Shown here: piece after piece, positions 1-10,261 of the stretch
Layout: the number at the start of each line of letters is the position of its first letter
Position numbering within the stretch: the stretch's first letter is position 1
Assembly: GCA_965205045.1 (NCBI GenBank)
Contig: OZ242031.1
Span: 1,628,044-1,692,043, forward strand
Origin: Candidatus Rariloculaceae bacterium
Lineage (GTDB): Bacteria > Pseudomonadota > Gammaproteobacteria > Steroidobacterales > Rariloculaceae
Direction of reading: 5' to 3'
Length of the DNA: 64,000 bases
Program-made: the position numbers and the translations under genes
The notes under the pieces: generated by a model
Told to the model about the DNA's origin: nothing
What the model saw: the letters and a program-made list of their open reading frames with translations, nothing else
The model's database searches: none

Positions 1-180
1 ACCCGGTTGGCGGCGGCGACCGCGAACGGCACGATGATCTGTTCCGGCTGGTCGGCGGGCGGCGCGACCAAATCGGCGAATCCGCCGGGAATGGCGCCGA
101 ATGCGGCGTCCCCGGGAGAATCGCCGATTGAACCAGAACGTCGCCGGTTGAACCCCAACCTTTGCAGGAGATTTCAATTC

Positions 181-576
181 ATGGCGGTCAATCCAACACA
201 AGCGCACACCGTTGGCGAACGCGTGAAGCTGGCGATTCAAGACATCGCCAGGGAGGCAAGCCACGAAAACTGGGACGGCGACGGCGGATTGGCCGTCCAA
301 CCCGAGACGGTCGGTATCGCGAAACGGTTCGCCGAGCTCGTTCACGCTGAAACACCCGCCCCCGATGTCGCCGCCACTCCCCAGGGCGAGATCGACTTCG
401 ACTGGGCCATCAGCCGCGACCTGATGCTCACCGTGAGCGTTGGCGCAGACCGCGATATCGCCTTCGCAGGCGTATTCGAAGGGGACCGGCTGAGCGGGCA
501 GGAACGCTGGTCAAGCGCAATGCCGGGAGGCGTGGCGTACTGCCTTGACCGGCTGCTCCATTGCCTGCGGCCGTGA
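181..576 (+). CDS. hypothetical protein (first small gene of the methylase operon)
   Basis: ATG at 181 lies 12 nt after AGGAG (164-168), within the 7..576 frame. Its stop overlaps a possible GTG start of the next ORF (GTGA at 573-576). No recognisable motif. Confidence 0.4.
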   Translation: MAVNPTQAHTVGERVKLAIQDIAREASHENWDGDGGLAVQPETVGIAKRFAELVHAETPAPDVAATPQGEIDFDWAISRDLMLTVSVGADRDIAFAGVFEGDRLSGQERWSSAMPGGVAYCLDRLLHCLRP

Positions 577-974
577 CCGGCCGAGCTGCGGGAACGCTGG
601 CGCGGTTCGCTTTCGAGAGCGGCCGCCTCACCCATTCGATCGCCAAGCCCAAGCTGTTCGAGCCGAACCGGGCGCTGGAACTGTCCGTGTTTGCCGTGGC
701 TGGACTCGACGCCGAGGACATCGGCAAGCTGGGGATCGGCGCGGCGTTTCGGCATGCAACCGCCAGGAGACTGTACGGTTGGGGCGAGTTGAATGAAGCC
801 GACGTCCGGGATGTCGGTTTGAGCGTCGTGCGCGACGATGCTCCGCCGCGCCACGCCAATGTTGTCGGCTGGCCTAGCGAACGTGGCGCTCGAAAGCTGA
901 TCATGATCGAGATGGCCAGGCGTTCCGAGGCGGTGAGGCTCGCCCGACCCGTCGAAATCGGCGAGAGGTCCTGA
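561..974 (+). CDS. hypothetical protein
   Basis: ORF 561..974, with TTG at 561 or GTG at 573 overlapping the upstream stop. It ends 4 nt before the methylase start, so is probably co-transcribed. No recognisable motif. Confidence 0.4.
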   Translation: MPAAVTGRAAGTLARFAFESGRLTHSIAKPKLFEPNRALELSVFAVAGLDAEDIGKLGIGAAFRHATARRLYGWGELNEADVRDVGLSVVRDDAPPRHANVVGWPSERGARKLIMIEMARRSEAVRLARPVEIGERS

Positions 975-977
975 CCG

Positions 978-3900
978 GTGGCGAACCGCGCCGCCAACAA
1001 GAGCTTTATCGAAACGCAGTTTCCCGTATCGCGCCTCTCGAAGGAGAGCTACAAGGAACGGAAGGCGAATTACAGCCAGACGCTCACCGGACTCGGCAAG
1101 TGGTGGGGGCGCAAACCGCTCGTACTGGTGCGCGCCGTCATCCTCGGCCTGCTCATGCCCGGTTCCGACGACCCGCGCAAGGACCGCGAGGCGTTCCTCG
1201 CCCTGCTCACCATGGACGACGACGGCCTGTGGCGGCGCAAGGACAAGAACATCCCGCTGAAAGAGATCCATCGGCGGCTCGACCCGGACGAACGACGAGA
1301 ATGGTTCGCGCCGGACGGGGGCTCCGGTCGTCCCAGGCTCAGGAAGGGGCTGCCCCGAGCCGAACGGGTGCGATTGCAGCGGATCGTGTTCGAGCGGATG
1401 AGCTACGGCGAAAAGCTCAGGTGGTGCAAGCGGCCCGAACATCTGGACGGCCCATCCGCCGGAGCATGGGAGAGGATCAACGCACACCTTGGCACGAAAG
1501 CGGACACGATTCCCGAATTGGTCAGGGAATTGGGCATGCGCCGTTTCGGCCGCGTTCCTCGAGTCGGGGACGCCTTCTGCGGGGGCGGCAGCGTACCCTT
1601 TGAAGCGGCCCGTATCGGTTGCGAAGCCTACGGATCCGACCTTAACCCCGTCGCGGCCCTCCTGACCTGGGCCGCGCTCAACATCGTCGGCGGCGGCGAG
1701 AAGGTCGCAAGCAAGGTCCGGCAAGCGCAGACCGAAGTGTTCGATGTCGTGGACCGGCAGGTTACGGCGTGGCGCATCGAACACAACGATGCCGGATGGC
1801 GGGCGGACGCTTACCTGTATTGCACGGAAACCGTCTGCCCGGAATGCGGATGGCGAGTACCGCTTGCTCCAAGCTGGGTCATCGGGGAAAAGACCCGGAC
1901 GGTCGCGCAGCTTGTTGCCGACGCGCCCGGGAAGCGCTTCTCAATCAATATTGGCTCGGGCGTGGATCGGGAGTCGATCGCGGAGGCGCGCAAGGCTGGA
2001 ACCGTGCGCAATTCGCGTCTGGTGTGCCCAAGCCCGGGTTGCAAGGGCGAAAGATCCACGCCGATGAGCGCCATTCGCGGTGACCGCCGCGGTGCCGATG
2101 GGCCGACGCGGAGACTCAGGCAATGGAGGAACGACGACCTCACGCCCTGGCCTGACGACGTGTTCCAGGAACGCCTGTATTGCGTGCGCTGGCGGCTGCC
2201 TTCGCTTGAATCCTTGTTGTCGGCGGAGCAGGGGTTGGCGTCATCCTCCTTGCCGGAGTGGGTGCGGACCGACGATGCCATTGCGGCTCTGATCGAGTTT
2301 CTGGATGCCGAGGAACAGCAGGAAGTGGCGGGGCTGCGGGCACGCGACTGGCAGGCGGAAAACCGTGCGCTTGAAGAAGCACGGCAGGCGCTCGATGCCG
2401 CCCGGAAATTCCGCCGCTCCTCAGACGATGTACGGGAAGCCTCGCGCACGGTGAAGGCGGCATCCGTAACGATAAGCGAGAGGACTGAGCGGCTTGCCTC
2501 GATCGCCAAGCGGGTACCGTCCGCACTCTACCGAGGTATCGATGAGAGCGACCTGGAACGCGAGGTGCGTGCGCTTGGCCTGCTGCGGCAACGGTTTGCT
2601 GAATGGCAGGAGCGTGGCTACATCCCGAACCGTCAGATCGTGCCCGGATACAACACTACGCAACCCATGCGAGAACGCGGTTGGACGCACTGGCATCATC
2701 TCTTCACGCCACGGCAGTTGCTGGTTCATGGGTGCCTGGCGAAAACATCGGTCGAACGGCCGTTACCTGTTGAAGACGCAGCCGCAATCGGGAGCGGCTC
2801 TGGCGAACGCGCGGAAACCGGCGATGAACGGTCGTTTGCCATCGAGGCCGCCGTCACCTGCCTGCTCGGCATTGGCCGGATCGGCAACTGGAATTGCAAA
2901 CTGTCCCAGTGGTTCAGTGGTATCGGCGGGGAGCTGGTTCATCAAGTGTTCTACAACCAGGCTTTCAACACGCTCGACTCCTACGCGGGTAAAGGTACCA
3001 GCGCAATAAAGAAGCCTTGGTTCGTCCGTGTTCCGCCTTGTTCCATAGATGGCTTACATCGCACCGAAGCCAGCGATGCGCGTGCGATGCGCGCATCGGC
3101 TGACATCTGGCTGACCGATCCTCCGTACGCGGATGCAGTCAACTATCACGAGTTGTCGGAATTCTATCTGCCGTGGTTCGACAAGCAGTTGAGCAGCTTG
3201 TTTGAGGAATGGAACACGGATAGCAAGAGGGCTCTCGCTGTCCGCGGCACAGACTCCGGCTTCCGGGGCAGCATGGTCGATTGCTACCGCAACCTCACCG
3301 AGCAGATGCCGGACAACGGTGCACAGGTCGTCATGTTCACCCACCAGGATGCCTCCGTCTGGGCGGACCTGACGTTGATTCTCTGGGCGGCCGGCCTGCG
3401 CGTCACCGCCGCTTGGACCATCGGAACGGAGACCCAATCCACCCTTAAGCAGGGCAACTACGTCCAGGGCACCGTCCTCATGGTGCTGCGCAAGCAGACG
3501 TCAGACGCTACGGCCTTCTCCGACGAGGTGATCCCGGAAGTCGAGGACGAGGTCGAGCGGCAACTCGACGCCATGCTGGAACTCGATGACCGCGACGACC
3601 CGAACTTCTCCGACGCCGACTATCAGTTGGCCGCCTACGCCGCGGCCCTGCGCGTGCTGACGGGGTATCGCTCCATCGAGGATATCAACATCGCGCGGGA
3701 ACTTGGCCGGAAGCGGGGCAGGGGCGAGGCCAATCCCATCGAGGCCATCATCGCCGACGCGGTGCGCACCGCCAGCAACTTCCTTGTCCCCAAGGGCCTG
3801 CCCGGCCATTTCTGGCGGCATCTCGGCCCTGAAGAGAAGCTGTATCTCAAGGGCGTCGAAATCGAAAGCCACGGCGAGTCCCGCAGCGGCGTCTACCAGG

Positions 3901-4253
3901 AGTTTGCGCTCGGTTTCGGGGTACGCGATTACCGCTTCCTGCTCCACAGCGGCAAGGCCAACGAGACGCGGCTCCGGACCGCGACCGAATTCGGCCGGCG
4001 CGAGCTGGGCGGCGGTGGATTCCGGTCGAGTCTGGTGCGCCAGGCGCTCTACGCCATCTGGCGGGCGGTTGAAACCGAAGAAACCGCCGAAAGCCTGACC
4101 TGGCTGCGCTCGGAACTCCCGGACTACTGGCAGCGGCGAGAGGCACTCGCCACCGTGCTACGCTACCTGGCCGCGCTCGATACCGATCACTGGCGCCACG
4201 ACGCGGCCGCCGCCCGGCTGGTCGCGGGCGCTGTGGAGAACGACCATGTATGA
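978..4253 (+). CDS. DUF1156-type DNA methyltransferase (N6-adenine/N4-cytosine class) with Zn-ribbon
   Basis: 1091 aa. The N-terminus FIETQFPVSRLSKESYKERKA...GKWWGRKPL is typical of DUF1156. SAM motif I is FCGGGSVPFEAARIGCEAYGSDLNPVA. Cys clusters are CPECG...CPSPGC. Catalytic motif IV is LTDPPYADAVNY. Confidence 0.85.
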   Translation: MANRAANKSFIETQFPVSRLSKESYKERKANYSQTLTGLGKWWGRKPLVLVRAVILGLLMPGSDDPRKDREAFLALLTMDDDGLWRRKDKNIPLKEIHRRLDPDERREWFAPDGGSGRPRLRKGLPRAERVRLQRIVFERMSYGEKLRWCKRPEHLDGPSAGAWERINAHLGTKADTIPELVRELGMRRFGRVPRVGDAFCGGGSVPFEAARIGCEAYGSDLNPVAALLTWAALNIVGGGEKVASKVRQAQTEVFDVVDRQVTAWRIEHNDAGWRADAYLYCTETVCPECGWRVPLAPSWVIGEKTRTVAQLVADAPGKRFSINIGSGVDRESIAEARKAGTVRNSRLVCPSPGCKGERSTPMSAIRGDRRGADGPTRRLRQWRNDDLTPWPDDVFQERLYCVRWRLPSLESLLSAEQGLASSSLPEWVRTDDAIAALIEFLDAEEQQEVAGLRARDWQAENRALEEARQALDAARKFRRSSDDVREASRTVKAASVTISERTERLASIAKRVPSALYRGIDESDLEREVRALGLLRQRFAEWQERGYIPNRQIVPGYNTTQPMRERGWTHWHHLFTPRQLLVHGCLAKTSVERPLPVEDAAAIGSGSGERAETGDERSFAIEAAVTCLLGIGRIGNWNCKLSQWFSGIGGELVHQVFYNQAFNTLDSYAGKGTSAIKKPWFVRVPPCSIDGLHRTEASDARAMRASADIWLTDPPYADAVNYHELSEFYLPWFDKQLSSLFEEWNTDSKRALAVRGTDSGFRGSMVDCYRNLTEQMPDNGAQVVMFTHQDASVWADLTLILWAAGLRVTAAWTIGTETQSTLKQGNYVQGTVLMVLRKQTSDATAFSDEVIPEVEDEVERQLDAMLELDDRDDPNFSDADYQLAAYAAALRVLTGYRSIEDINIARELGRKRGRGEANPIEAIIADAVRTASNFLVPKGLPGHFWRHLGPEEKLYLKGVEIESHGESRSGVYQEFALGFGVRDYRFLLHSGKANETRLRTATEFGRRELGGGGFRSSLVRQALYAIWRAVETEETAESLTWLRSELPDYWQRREALATVLRYLAALDTDHWRHDAAAARLVAGAVENDHV

Positions 4254-4316
4254 TCGCGGGCACCGGGTTGCGGGCAGTTTCTGCGGGCGCGGACACGGGT
4301 TCGGAGGCGAAGCCGA

Positions 4317-5762
4317 GTGATGACCAGGACCGACTTGCTGGAAGTGATCGCCAACGGCGAGAACTCGGGGGTTGAGTTCAAGCGGGACGACATCGACGCG
4401 CGCCAACTGGCCAAGGAGTTGGTCGCGCTGGCCAATCTCGACGGCGGCTGCGTGATTCTCGGCGTCGAGGATGACGGCAGCGTTTCCGGTCTGGCGAGAA
4501 CCGACGCGCCGGAAGACAAGGAAGGCTCAACAAATCCGGAAGGCGCGGACATGAAAGGCCGGACCGGCAAGATCGAATACTTCCGGCTGGAGCAGTGGGT
4601 CATGCACGTTTGCCGCGACAAGATTCGCCCGGAACTCAATCCCGCGTTCTGCATCTGGAGGGACGTCGGCGCGGGCCTGGATGTCGCGGTCGTGCGGGTC
4701 GAGCGGGGCTACGGCGTTCACCATGTCTGGCACCGCCGGGGCCGCAGGTACTACATCCGGGTCGGCAGCACCAGCCGCGAAGCGAGCCCGGAGGAATTGG
4801 CGCGGCTGTTCCATCGGCGCGGCGCCGTCCCGCCCGAACTCCAGCCCGTCGGCGGCACGTCGATCAGGCATCTGGACCGTCGCCGGCTGGTCGAGTACTT
4901 CGAGCGCGTGCGCGGCCAGGCACCGCCGCCCCTGGAACCGGCGCGGGAGTGGCGCGAAGCCATGATCGAGCGGGTGATCGGGGAAGACCCCTCCGGGTGG
5001 CGCGAGCGGGTCGCGGAAACGGAACGCGAATGGCGCGAGGCGCGCGAAACCGAGTGGGCGCAACTGCTCGCCAACACCAGGTTTCTCGACGACGGCGCGG
5101 CGCGCCCGGCAACGGTCGCTGGCCTGCTCTTGTTCGGCGACCGTCCAAGCCGTCCATTGCCGCAGTCGAAGATCGACGCGGTCGCCTACTTCGGCGCGGA
5201 GAAGGACTACGATGCCAGGGAGCGGAGCACGCTGCGCGGGCCTCTCGTCGGACTGCATGCCGCCGACGGAAGCCTGCTGGATCCGGGGCTCGTGGAGCAG
5301 GCCGTGGAATTCATCCGCCGCCACACCCGCACGACCGCGCTGGAAAACGGCGTCCGCAGGGTGGACCGGTGGCATTATCCCGAGGAAGCGGTCCGCGAGA
5401 CCCTGGTCAACGCCGTCGTGCACCGCGACTATCTGCTGTCCAATACGGATATCGAACTCAGCATCTACTCGGACCGGCTGGAAATCATCTCGCCCGGGCG
5501 GCTGCCAAACGGCATCACCCCGGCGCGCATGAAGGCCGGTTGCCGGTCGGCGCGCAACGAGCTCGTCAAGGACGTCATGCGGGACTACGGCTACCTGGAG
5601 CACATGGGCATGGGCGTTCCAAGGAAGATCGTGCGCGGCATGCGCGAGCACAACGGCACCGAACCGGAGTTCATCGTTGAGGACGAGCGGCTCACGGTTC
5701 GCCTATGGCGGGAACCGCAAGGCGACGCTTGCCAACATCCGCCGACCCAGCGCCATGCGTGA
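4317..5762 (+). CDS. AlbA_2 (Schlafen-like) DNA-binding protein with C-terminal HATPase_c_4-like domain (RecG-like putative regulator family)
   Basis: 481 aa. The N-terminal GENSGVEFKRD motif is of AlbA_2 type. The C-terminal RETLVNAVVHRDY...IELSIYSDRLEIISPGRLPNG is typical of this family. Confidence 0.7.
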   Translation: MMTRTDLLEVIANGENSGVEFKRDDIDARQLAKELVALANLDGGCVILGVEDDGSVSGLARTDAPEDKEGSTNPEGADMKGRTGKIEYFRLEQWVMHVCRDKIRPELNPAFCIWRDVGAGLDVAVVRVERGYGVHHVWHRRGRRYYIRVGSTSREASPEELARLFHRRGAVPPELQPVGGTSIRHLDRRRLVEYFERVRGQAPPPLEPAREWREAMIERVIGEDPSGWRERVAETEREWREARETEWAQLLANTRFLDDGAARPATVAGLLLFGDRPSRPLPQSKIDAVAYFGAEKDYDARERSTLRGPLVGLHAADGSLLDPGLVEQAVEFIRRHTRTTALENGVRRVDRWHYPEEAVRETLVNAVVHRDYLLSNTDIELSIYSDRLEIISPGRLPNGITPARMKAGCRSARNELVKDVMRDYGYLEHMGMGVPRKIVRGMREHNGTEPEFIVEDERLTVRLWREPQGDACQHPPTQRHA

Positions 5763-5797
5763 CCGGTCGCAACTACCGTCCGGACACATGCCCGGGC

Positions 5798-8587
5798 ATG
5801 GACCGCGCCAATCCCGACGCTGCGCCTGAGATGGTCACCCGTTACTCATCCCGGCGTGCGCCGCTTGACGGCGGCTATCTCAACCGCAGACTCGCGGGCG
5901 CGAAGCGCTACGACCGCATCGCGGGCTACTTTTCTTCGTCCATCCTGGAGGTTGCCGGCGAGGCTCTTGAGGGCGTCGGGGGCGGAATCCGGGTCGTGTG
6001 CAACTCGGCGTTGTCGAAGCGCGACGTGGAAGTCGCGAAGGCCGCGCGGGCCGCCATGCGCCGCGAGTGGTGCGACTCGGCGCCGGAACGCCTCGGCGAC
6101 CCGGCCAAACCGAGATTCCAGCGGCTCCACGACATGCTGGCATCGCGCAAGCTGCGCGTTCGCGTCCTGACCGACGACGCCTTCGGTCTGATTCACGGCA
6201 AGGCGGGCGTCATCACGCTCGCCGACGGCCGGCGCACCTGCTTTCTCGGCAGCGCCAACGAAACAGGACCGGCGTTTCGCCTGAACTACGAGCTGATCTG
6301 GGAAGACGACGCGACCGAGGCGGTGGAATGGGTGCAGGAGGAGTTTGACGCTCTCTGGTCGTCGCCGTTCGCCGTCGAACTCGCGGATTTCGTGGTCCGG
6401 GATCTGAAGCGGCTCGCCCGGCGCAAGGTCGTGCGGAAGGTGCGGGACTGGGCGGAGGATCCCGACCCCGCCTCGGTGGTCGTGGAATCCCCGGTCATGC
6501 GCCGGCAGGTGGGGCTGTGGGAACACCAGAAACACTTCGTCAAGCTGGCGTTCGACGCCCACCGGGGACCGCACGGCGCACGCTTCCTGCTGGCCGACCA
6601 GGTTGGCCTGGGAAAGACGCTGCAACTCGCCATGGCGGCGCAGTTGATGGCGCTGACCGGCGAGAGGCCAATCCTGATCCTCGCCCCCAAGCCCCTCGTG
6701 CAACAGTGGCAGGACGAACTCCACACCATGCTCGGCCTGCCGTCGGCGGTCTGGCGGCGGGGCCGGTGGGTGGACGAGCGGGGCATAGAGCACCCGGCGG
6801 CCGGCGAGCGGCCCATACAGCGCTGCCCCCGCCGCATCGGAATCGTTTCGACCGGGTTTATCACGCAACAGTCGGACGCCGCCGAAGGCTTGTCGGCCAT
6901 GCGCTTCGAGTGCGTGGTCCTGGACGAGGCGCACCGCGCTCGGCGCCGCGACAACAGCACGCGCAACAGCCGGAAGCGAGTCGCGGCGAGACCCAACAAC
7001 CTGCTCGCGTTTATCCGCCGGGTCTCGCCGCGGACCAGGAGCCTGCTGCTGGCGACCGCCACCCCGGTGCAGATCGATCCAATCGAGGCGTTCGACCTTC
7101 TCGATGCGCTGGCGTGCGGTTCCGACGCCGTGCTTGGCTCGCACGGCAGCCATTGGCGCAACGCGGAACGATCGCTGAATATGCTGTTGGGCAGGGAACC
7201 GCCGCCAACCGACTTCCACGAACAATGGGACTGGCTGAGAAACCCGTTTCCCCCCGGCGACGAGGGCACGGATTTCCGGATTCTGCGCCGCTCGCTGTCG
7301 CTGGGGGACGAACATGCTTATGCGCCCGGCAGGTACGTCGAAAAGTTGCGGGCGCCCGACAGGCAACGCATCCGCGACGGATTCAAGCGGTTCGTGGAGC
7401 ATCGCAACCCGTACATCCGCACCATCGTCCTGCGCACGCGCGAACTGCTTGAACAGTCCACCGACCCGGAGACGGGCGAACCCTTCCTGACGCCGGTAAA
7501 GGTCAGGTTGCACGGCGAATCGCCAGGGGATGCCGTCCAACTGCCTCCCTACCTCGAGGACGCCTACGGTCTGGCCGAGGAATTCTGCGCCTTGCTGGCA
7601 AAGCGCACAAACACCGGGTTTTTCCGAACCATGCTGTTGCGCCGCATGGGCAGCACCATGGAGGCCGGGCGCCTGACGGTGGCGAGGATTCTCAAAGGCT
7701 GGAAAGGCATCGACGAAACGGAGGATTCCGAGCGGTCCGACAACCGGTTGCGGGATCTGACCGAAGCGGAGCAGCGCAAACTGATCAGCCTGAAGCAAGC
7801 CATGGACGCGAACCGGGAGCGGGACCCGAAGTGCGATTTGGCGGTTGACCTGCTGGCGCGGCAGGGTTGGCTGCGGCACGGCTGCATCGTATTCAGCCAG
7901 TACTACGACTCGGTGCGGTGGCTCGCCAACCACCTCGCCGGGGCACTTCCGGAGGAACCCGTCGGCATCTATGCGGGCGCCGACCGGTCGGGCGTGCTGC
8001 GGGCGGGAAGTATTGAACGGCGCAGCCGGGAGGCACTGAAGGATGCCGTCCGGAAGGGGGAGTTGCGCCTGCTTCTGGGCACGGACGCGGCTGCGGAGGG
8101 CCTCAACCTGCAGCGGCTGGGCACGCTCATCAATCTGGACCTGCCCTGGAACCCGTCGCGCCTGGAACAGCGCAAGGGCCGCATTCAGCGAATCGGGCAG
8201 GCGCGTTCCGAAGTGGACATCTTCAACATGCGCTACGCCGGTTCCGTGGAAGACAGGGTGCATGAATTGTTGTCCGAGCGCCTGGAGGACATATCGCGTT
8301 TGTTCGGCCAGTTGCCGGATACCCTCGAGGACGCTTGGGTGCAGGTCGCCCTCGGCGACGCGGAAGCGGCCAGGCGGACAATCGACGCGGTGCCGTCGAG
8401 GCACCCGTTCGAACTCCGGCATCACGAGGTGAAATCGGTCGATTGGGAATCCTGCGCCAAGGTGCTGGACGACGGCGCCCGGCTGGCGGCGCTGGTCCGC
8501 GGATGGCGGCAAGGGCGCCAGGAGTTTTCGCAGCGGCCCCGCTGGCCCAACGAGCCGTCCTCGCTGCCCTCCCCCCGAAGCACGTGA
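5798..8587 (+). CDS. PLD-family nuclease / SNF2-family helicase fusion protein
   Basis: ORF 5705..8587; ATG at 5798 avoids overlap with the upstream gene. It has a single HKD motif (LIHGKAGV...FLGSANET). SNF2 motifs are LLADQVGLGKTLQ (I), VVLDEAHRARR (II), LLLATATPVQ (III) and LDLPWNPSRLEQRKGRIQRIGQ (VI). Confidence 0.85.
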   Translation: MDRANPDAAPEMVTRYSSRRAPLDGGYLNRRLAGAKRYDRIAGYFSSSILEVAGEALEGVGGGIRVVCNSALSKRDVEVAKAARAAMRREWCDSAPERLGDPAKPRFQRLHDMLASRKLRVRVLTDDAFGLIHGKAGVITLADGRRTCFLGSANETGPAFRLNYELIWEDDATEAVEWVQEEFDALWSSPFAVELADFVVRDLKRLARRKVVRKVRDWAEDPDPASVVVESPVMRRQVGLWEHQKHFVKLAFDAHRGPHGARFLLADQVGLGKTLQLAMAAQLMALTGERPILILAPKPLVQQWQDELHTMLGLPSAVWRRGRWVDERGIEHPAAGERPIQRCPRRIGIVSTGFITQQSDAAEGLSAMRFECVVLDEAHRARRRDNSTRNSRKRVAARPNNLLAFIRRVSPRTRSLLLATATPVQIDPIEAFDLLDALACGSDAVLGSHGSHWRNAERSLNMLLGREPPPTDFHEQWDWLRNPFPPGDEGTDFRILRRSLSLGDEHAYAPGRYVEKLRAPDRQRIRDGFKRFVEHRNPYIRTIVLRTRELLEQSTDPETGEPFLTPVKVRLHGESPGDAVQLPPYLEDAYGLAEEFCALLAKRTNTGFFRTMLLRRMGSTMEAGRLTVARILKGWKGIDETEDSERSDNRLRDLTEAEQRKLISLKQAMDANRERDPKCDLAVDLLARQGWLRHGCIVFSQYYDSVRWLANHLAGALPEEPVGIYAGADRSGVLRAGSIERRSREALKDAVRKGELRLLLGTDAAAEGLNLQRLGTLINLDLPWNPSRLEQRKGRIQRIGQARSEVDIFNMRYAGSVEDRVHELLSERLEDISRLFGQLPDTLEDAWVQVALGDAEAARRTIDAVPSRHPFELRHHEVKSVDWESCAKVLDDGARLAALVRGWRQGRQEFSQRPRWPNEPSSLPSPRST

Positions 8588-8645
8588 TCGGGCGCGCCAG
8601 ACGGCGGTGGTATGATGCCCGTTGCCCAGTCGACGCGCCCGGACG

Positions 8646-9906
8646 ATGAACCGCCGCCAGCTTCCCATCGGCATCCAGGACTTCCGGACCATCCGGGAGA
8701 ATCCGTATTACTACGTGGACAAGACTCCGCTGATCCGCCAACTGGTGGAGGGCGGGCGGCACTACTTCCTGTCCCGCCCGCGGCGCTTCGGCAAGAGCCT
8801 GCTGCTCGACACGCTGAGGGAGCTGTTCGCGGGCAACGAGCCGCTGTTCCGGGGTCTGCACATCCACGGCCGCTGGGACTGGTCGACCGTTCATCCGGTT
8901 GTGCGGTTGAGCTTTGGCGCGGGCTACCTTGAGCCGGGCAGCCTGAGCGGGCACATCCTGGAACAGTTGGCGAGGACGGCGGAGGATGCCGGGATCGATC
9001 CAACGCCATCGGCCGGGACCGGTCCGCAACGCCTCGAGGACCTGCTGTATCGCCTGCACAGGACCACCGGCAAGCGCGTGGTGGTGCTGGTGGACGAGTA
9101 CGACAAGCCGATTCTGGACGCGCTGGACGACCCGGCGCTGGCGCGGGCGAACCGCGACTACCTGCGCGGGTTCTACGGCGTCGTCAAGGACAGCGCGGAG
9201 CATGTCCGGTTCGTGTTCGTCACCGGCGTCACCATGTTCTCCAAGGTGAGCCTGTTCTCGGGCCTGAACAACCTCATGGACATCAGCATGGACCCGCGCT
9301 ATGCCACCCTGTGCGGGTACACCGACGGGGACCTGGACGCGGTGTTCGCCGCCGAGCTGCCGGGACTGGACCGGGAGGCGGTCCGGGAGTGGTACAACGA
9401 CTACCACTGGCGGGGCGGGGAACGGGTCTACAACCCCTTCGACGTGCTGCTGCTGTTCGCGCGGCGCGAGTTCCGCCCCTGGTGGTTCGAGACCGGCTCG
9501 CCGACGTTCCTGTACCGCACGATGATGGAGAACGGCGTCAGCCCGCTGGACCTGGAGAACCGGGTCAGCGACATGGATCTGCTCTCGACCTTCGACGTCG
9601 GCGACATCGGCGTGGACGCGCTGCTGTTCCAGGCGGGCTACCTGACGATCACCGGCGAGGAGCGGGCCGGCCCGGAGACGCGCCGACATGGTGCTGCGCC
9701 ACGGCGGGCAGGTGTTCGCGATGGAGTTCAAGATGGCCCGGGAGGGCGAGGGCGCGGAGGCGGCCATGGCCCGCGCCATGGCGCAGATCCGCGCACGCGG
9801 CTACGCCGACAGGCACCGCGGCCGCGGCGCCCCGGTGCACCTGCTCGGCGCCGTGTTCGGCCAGCGCGAGCGCAACCTGCTGGGCGTGCGCGCCGAACGG
9901 CTCTGA
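8646..9906 (+). pseudogene. AAA-ATPase_like + PDDEXK_9 family gene, internally deleted and frameshifted
   Basis: The N-terminus MNRRQLPIGIQDFRTIRENPYYYVDKTPLI...[14 protein letters not shown] is in frame 0 up to GYLTITGEE (about 9660). The C-terminal nuclease part, DMVLRHGGQVFAMEFKM...IRARGYADRH, is in another frame (9688..9906). The segment normally between them is missing. Confidence 0.65.
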
Positions 9907-10045
9907 CGGGTCGTCCGCATTCCCGCGGCGAACCAACCCGAAAATCTCAGTGCGCCTTTCCACGGCGCGCTGATTTATCCGGGCTACGCCGCCGCCGTCT
10001 CGAAGGCGGCGATGTTGCGGGTCGCTTCGCTGAACTCGACGCCGA

Positions 10046-10261
10046 TCAGATGGAAGCGTGATGTCCAGCAGGTTGTTCAACGAGCAGGCTCTTGCCGAAG
10101 CGCCGGGGGCGGGAAAGGAAATAGTGCTTGCCGCCGTGGACAAGTTTGTTCAGATACGTTGTCTTGTCGACATAGTAGTAGCCTTCCTCGCGTATCTCGC
10201 GGAAGGTCTGGATGCCGATAGGCAGCTTGCGCCGCACCGTCGCGCCGGTGTCCGCCGTCAC
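10046..10261 (-). pseudogene. N-terminal fragment of a second AAA-ATPase_like paralogue
   Basis: [50 protein letters not shown] matches the N-terminus of the 8646 gene. Homology then stops and a stop codon follows after about 70 aa. Confidence 0.6.

Noticed and set aside
342-1784. 480-aa minus-strand ORF overlapping the small ORFs and the methylase gene. Similar long antisense or off-frame ORFs occur at 5846..8692, 8223..9779, 10946..12490, 16305..18794, 18526..19752, 20444..22216, 33160..34218, 49933..51045 and elsewhere.
   Set aside because: Their translations are Arg/Pro/Gly/Ala-rich and low in complexity, with no motifs. Each lies antisense to a gene with clear family signatures. Long stop-free antisense frames are expected in DNA this GC-rich.
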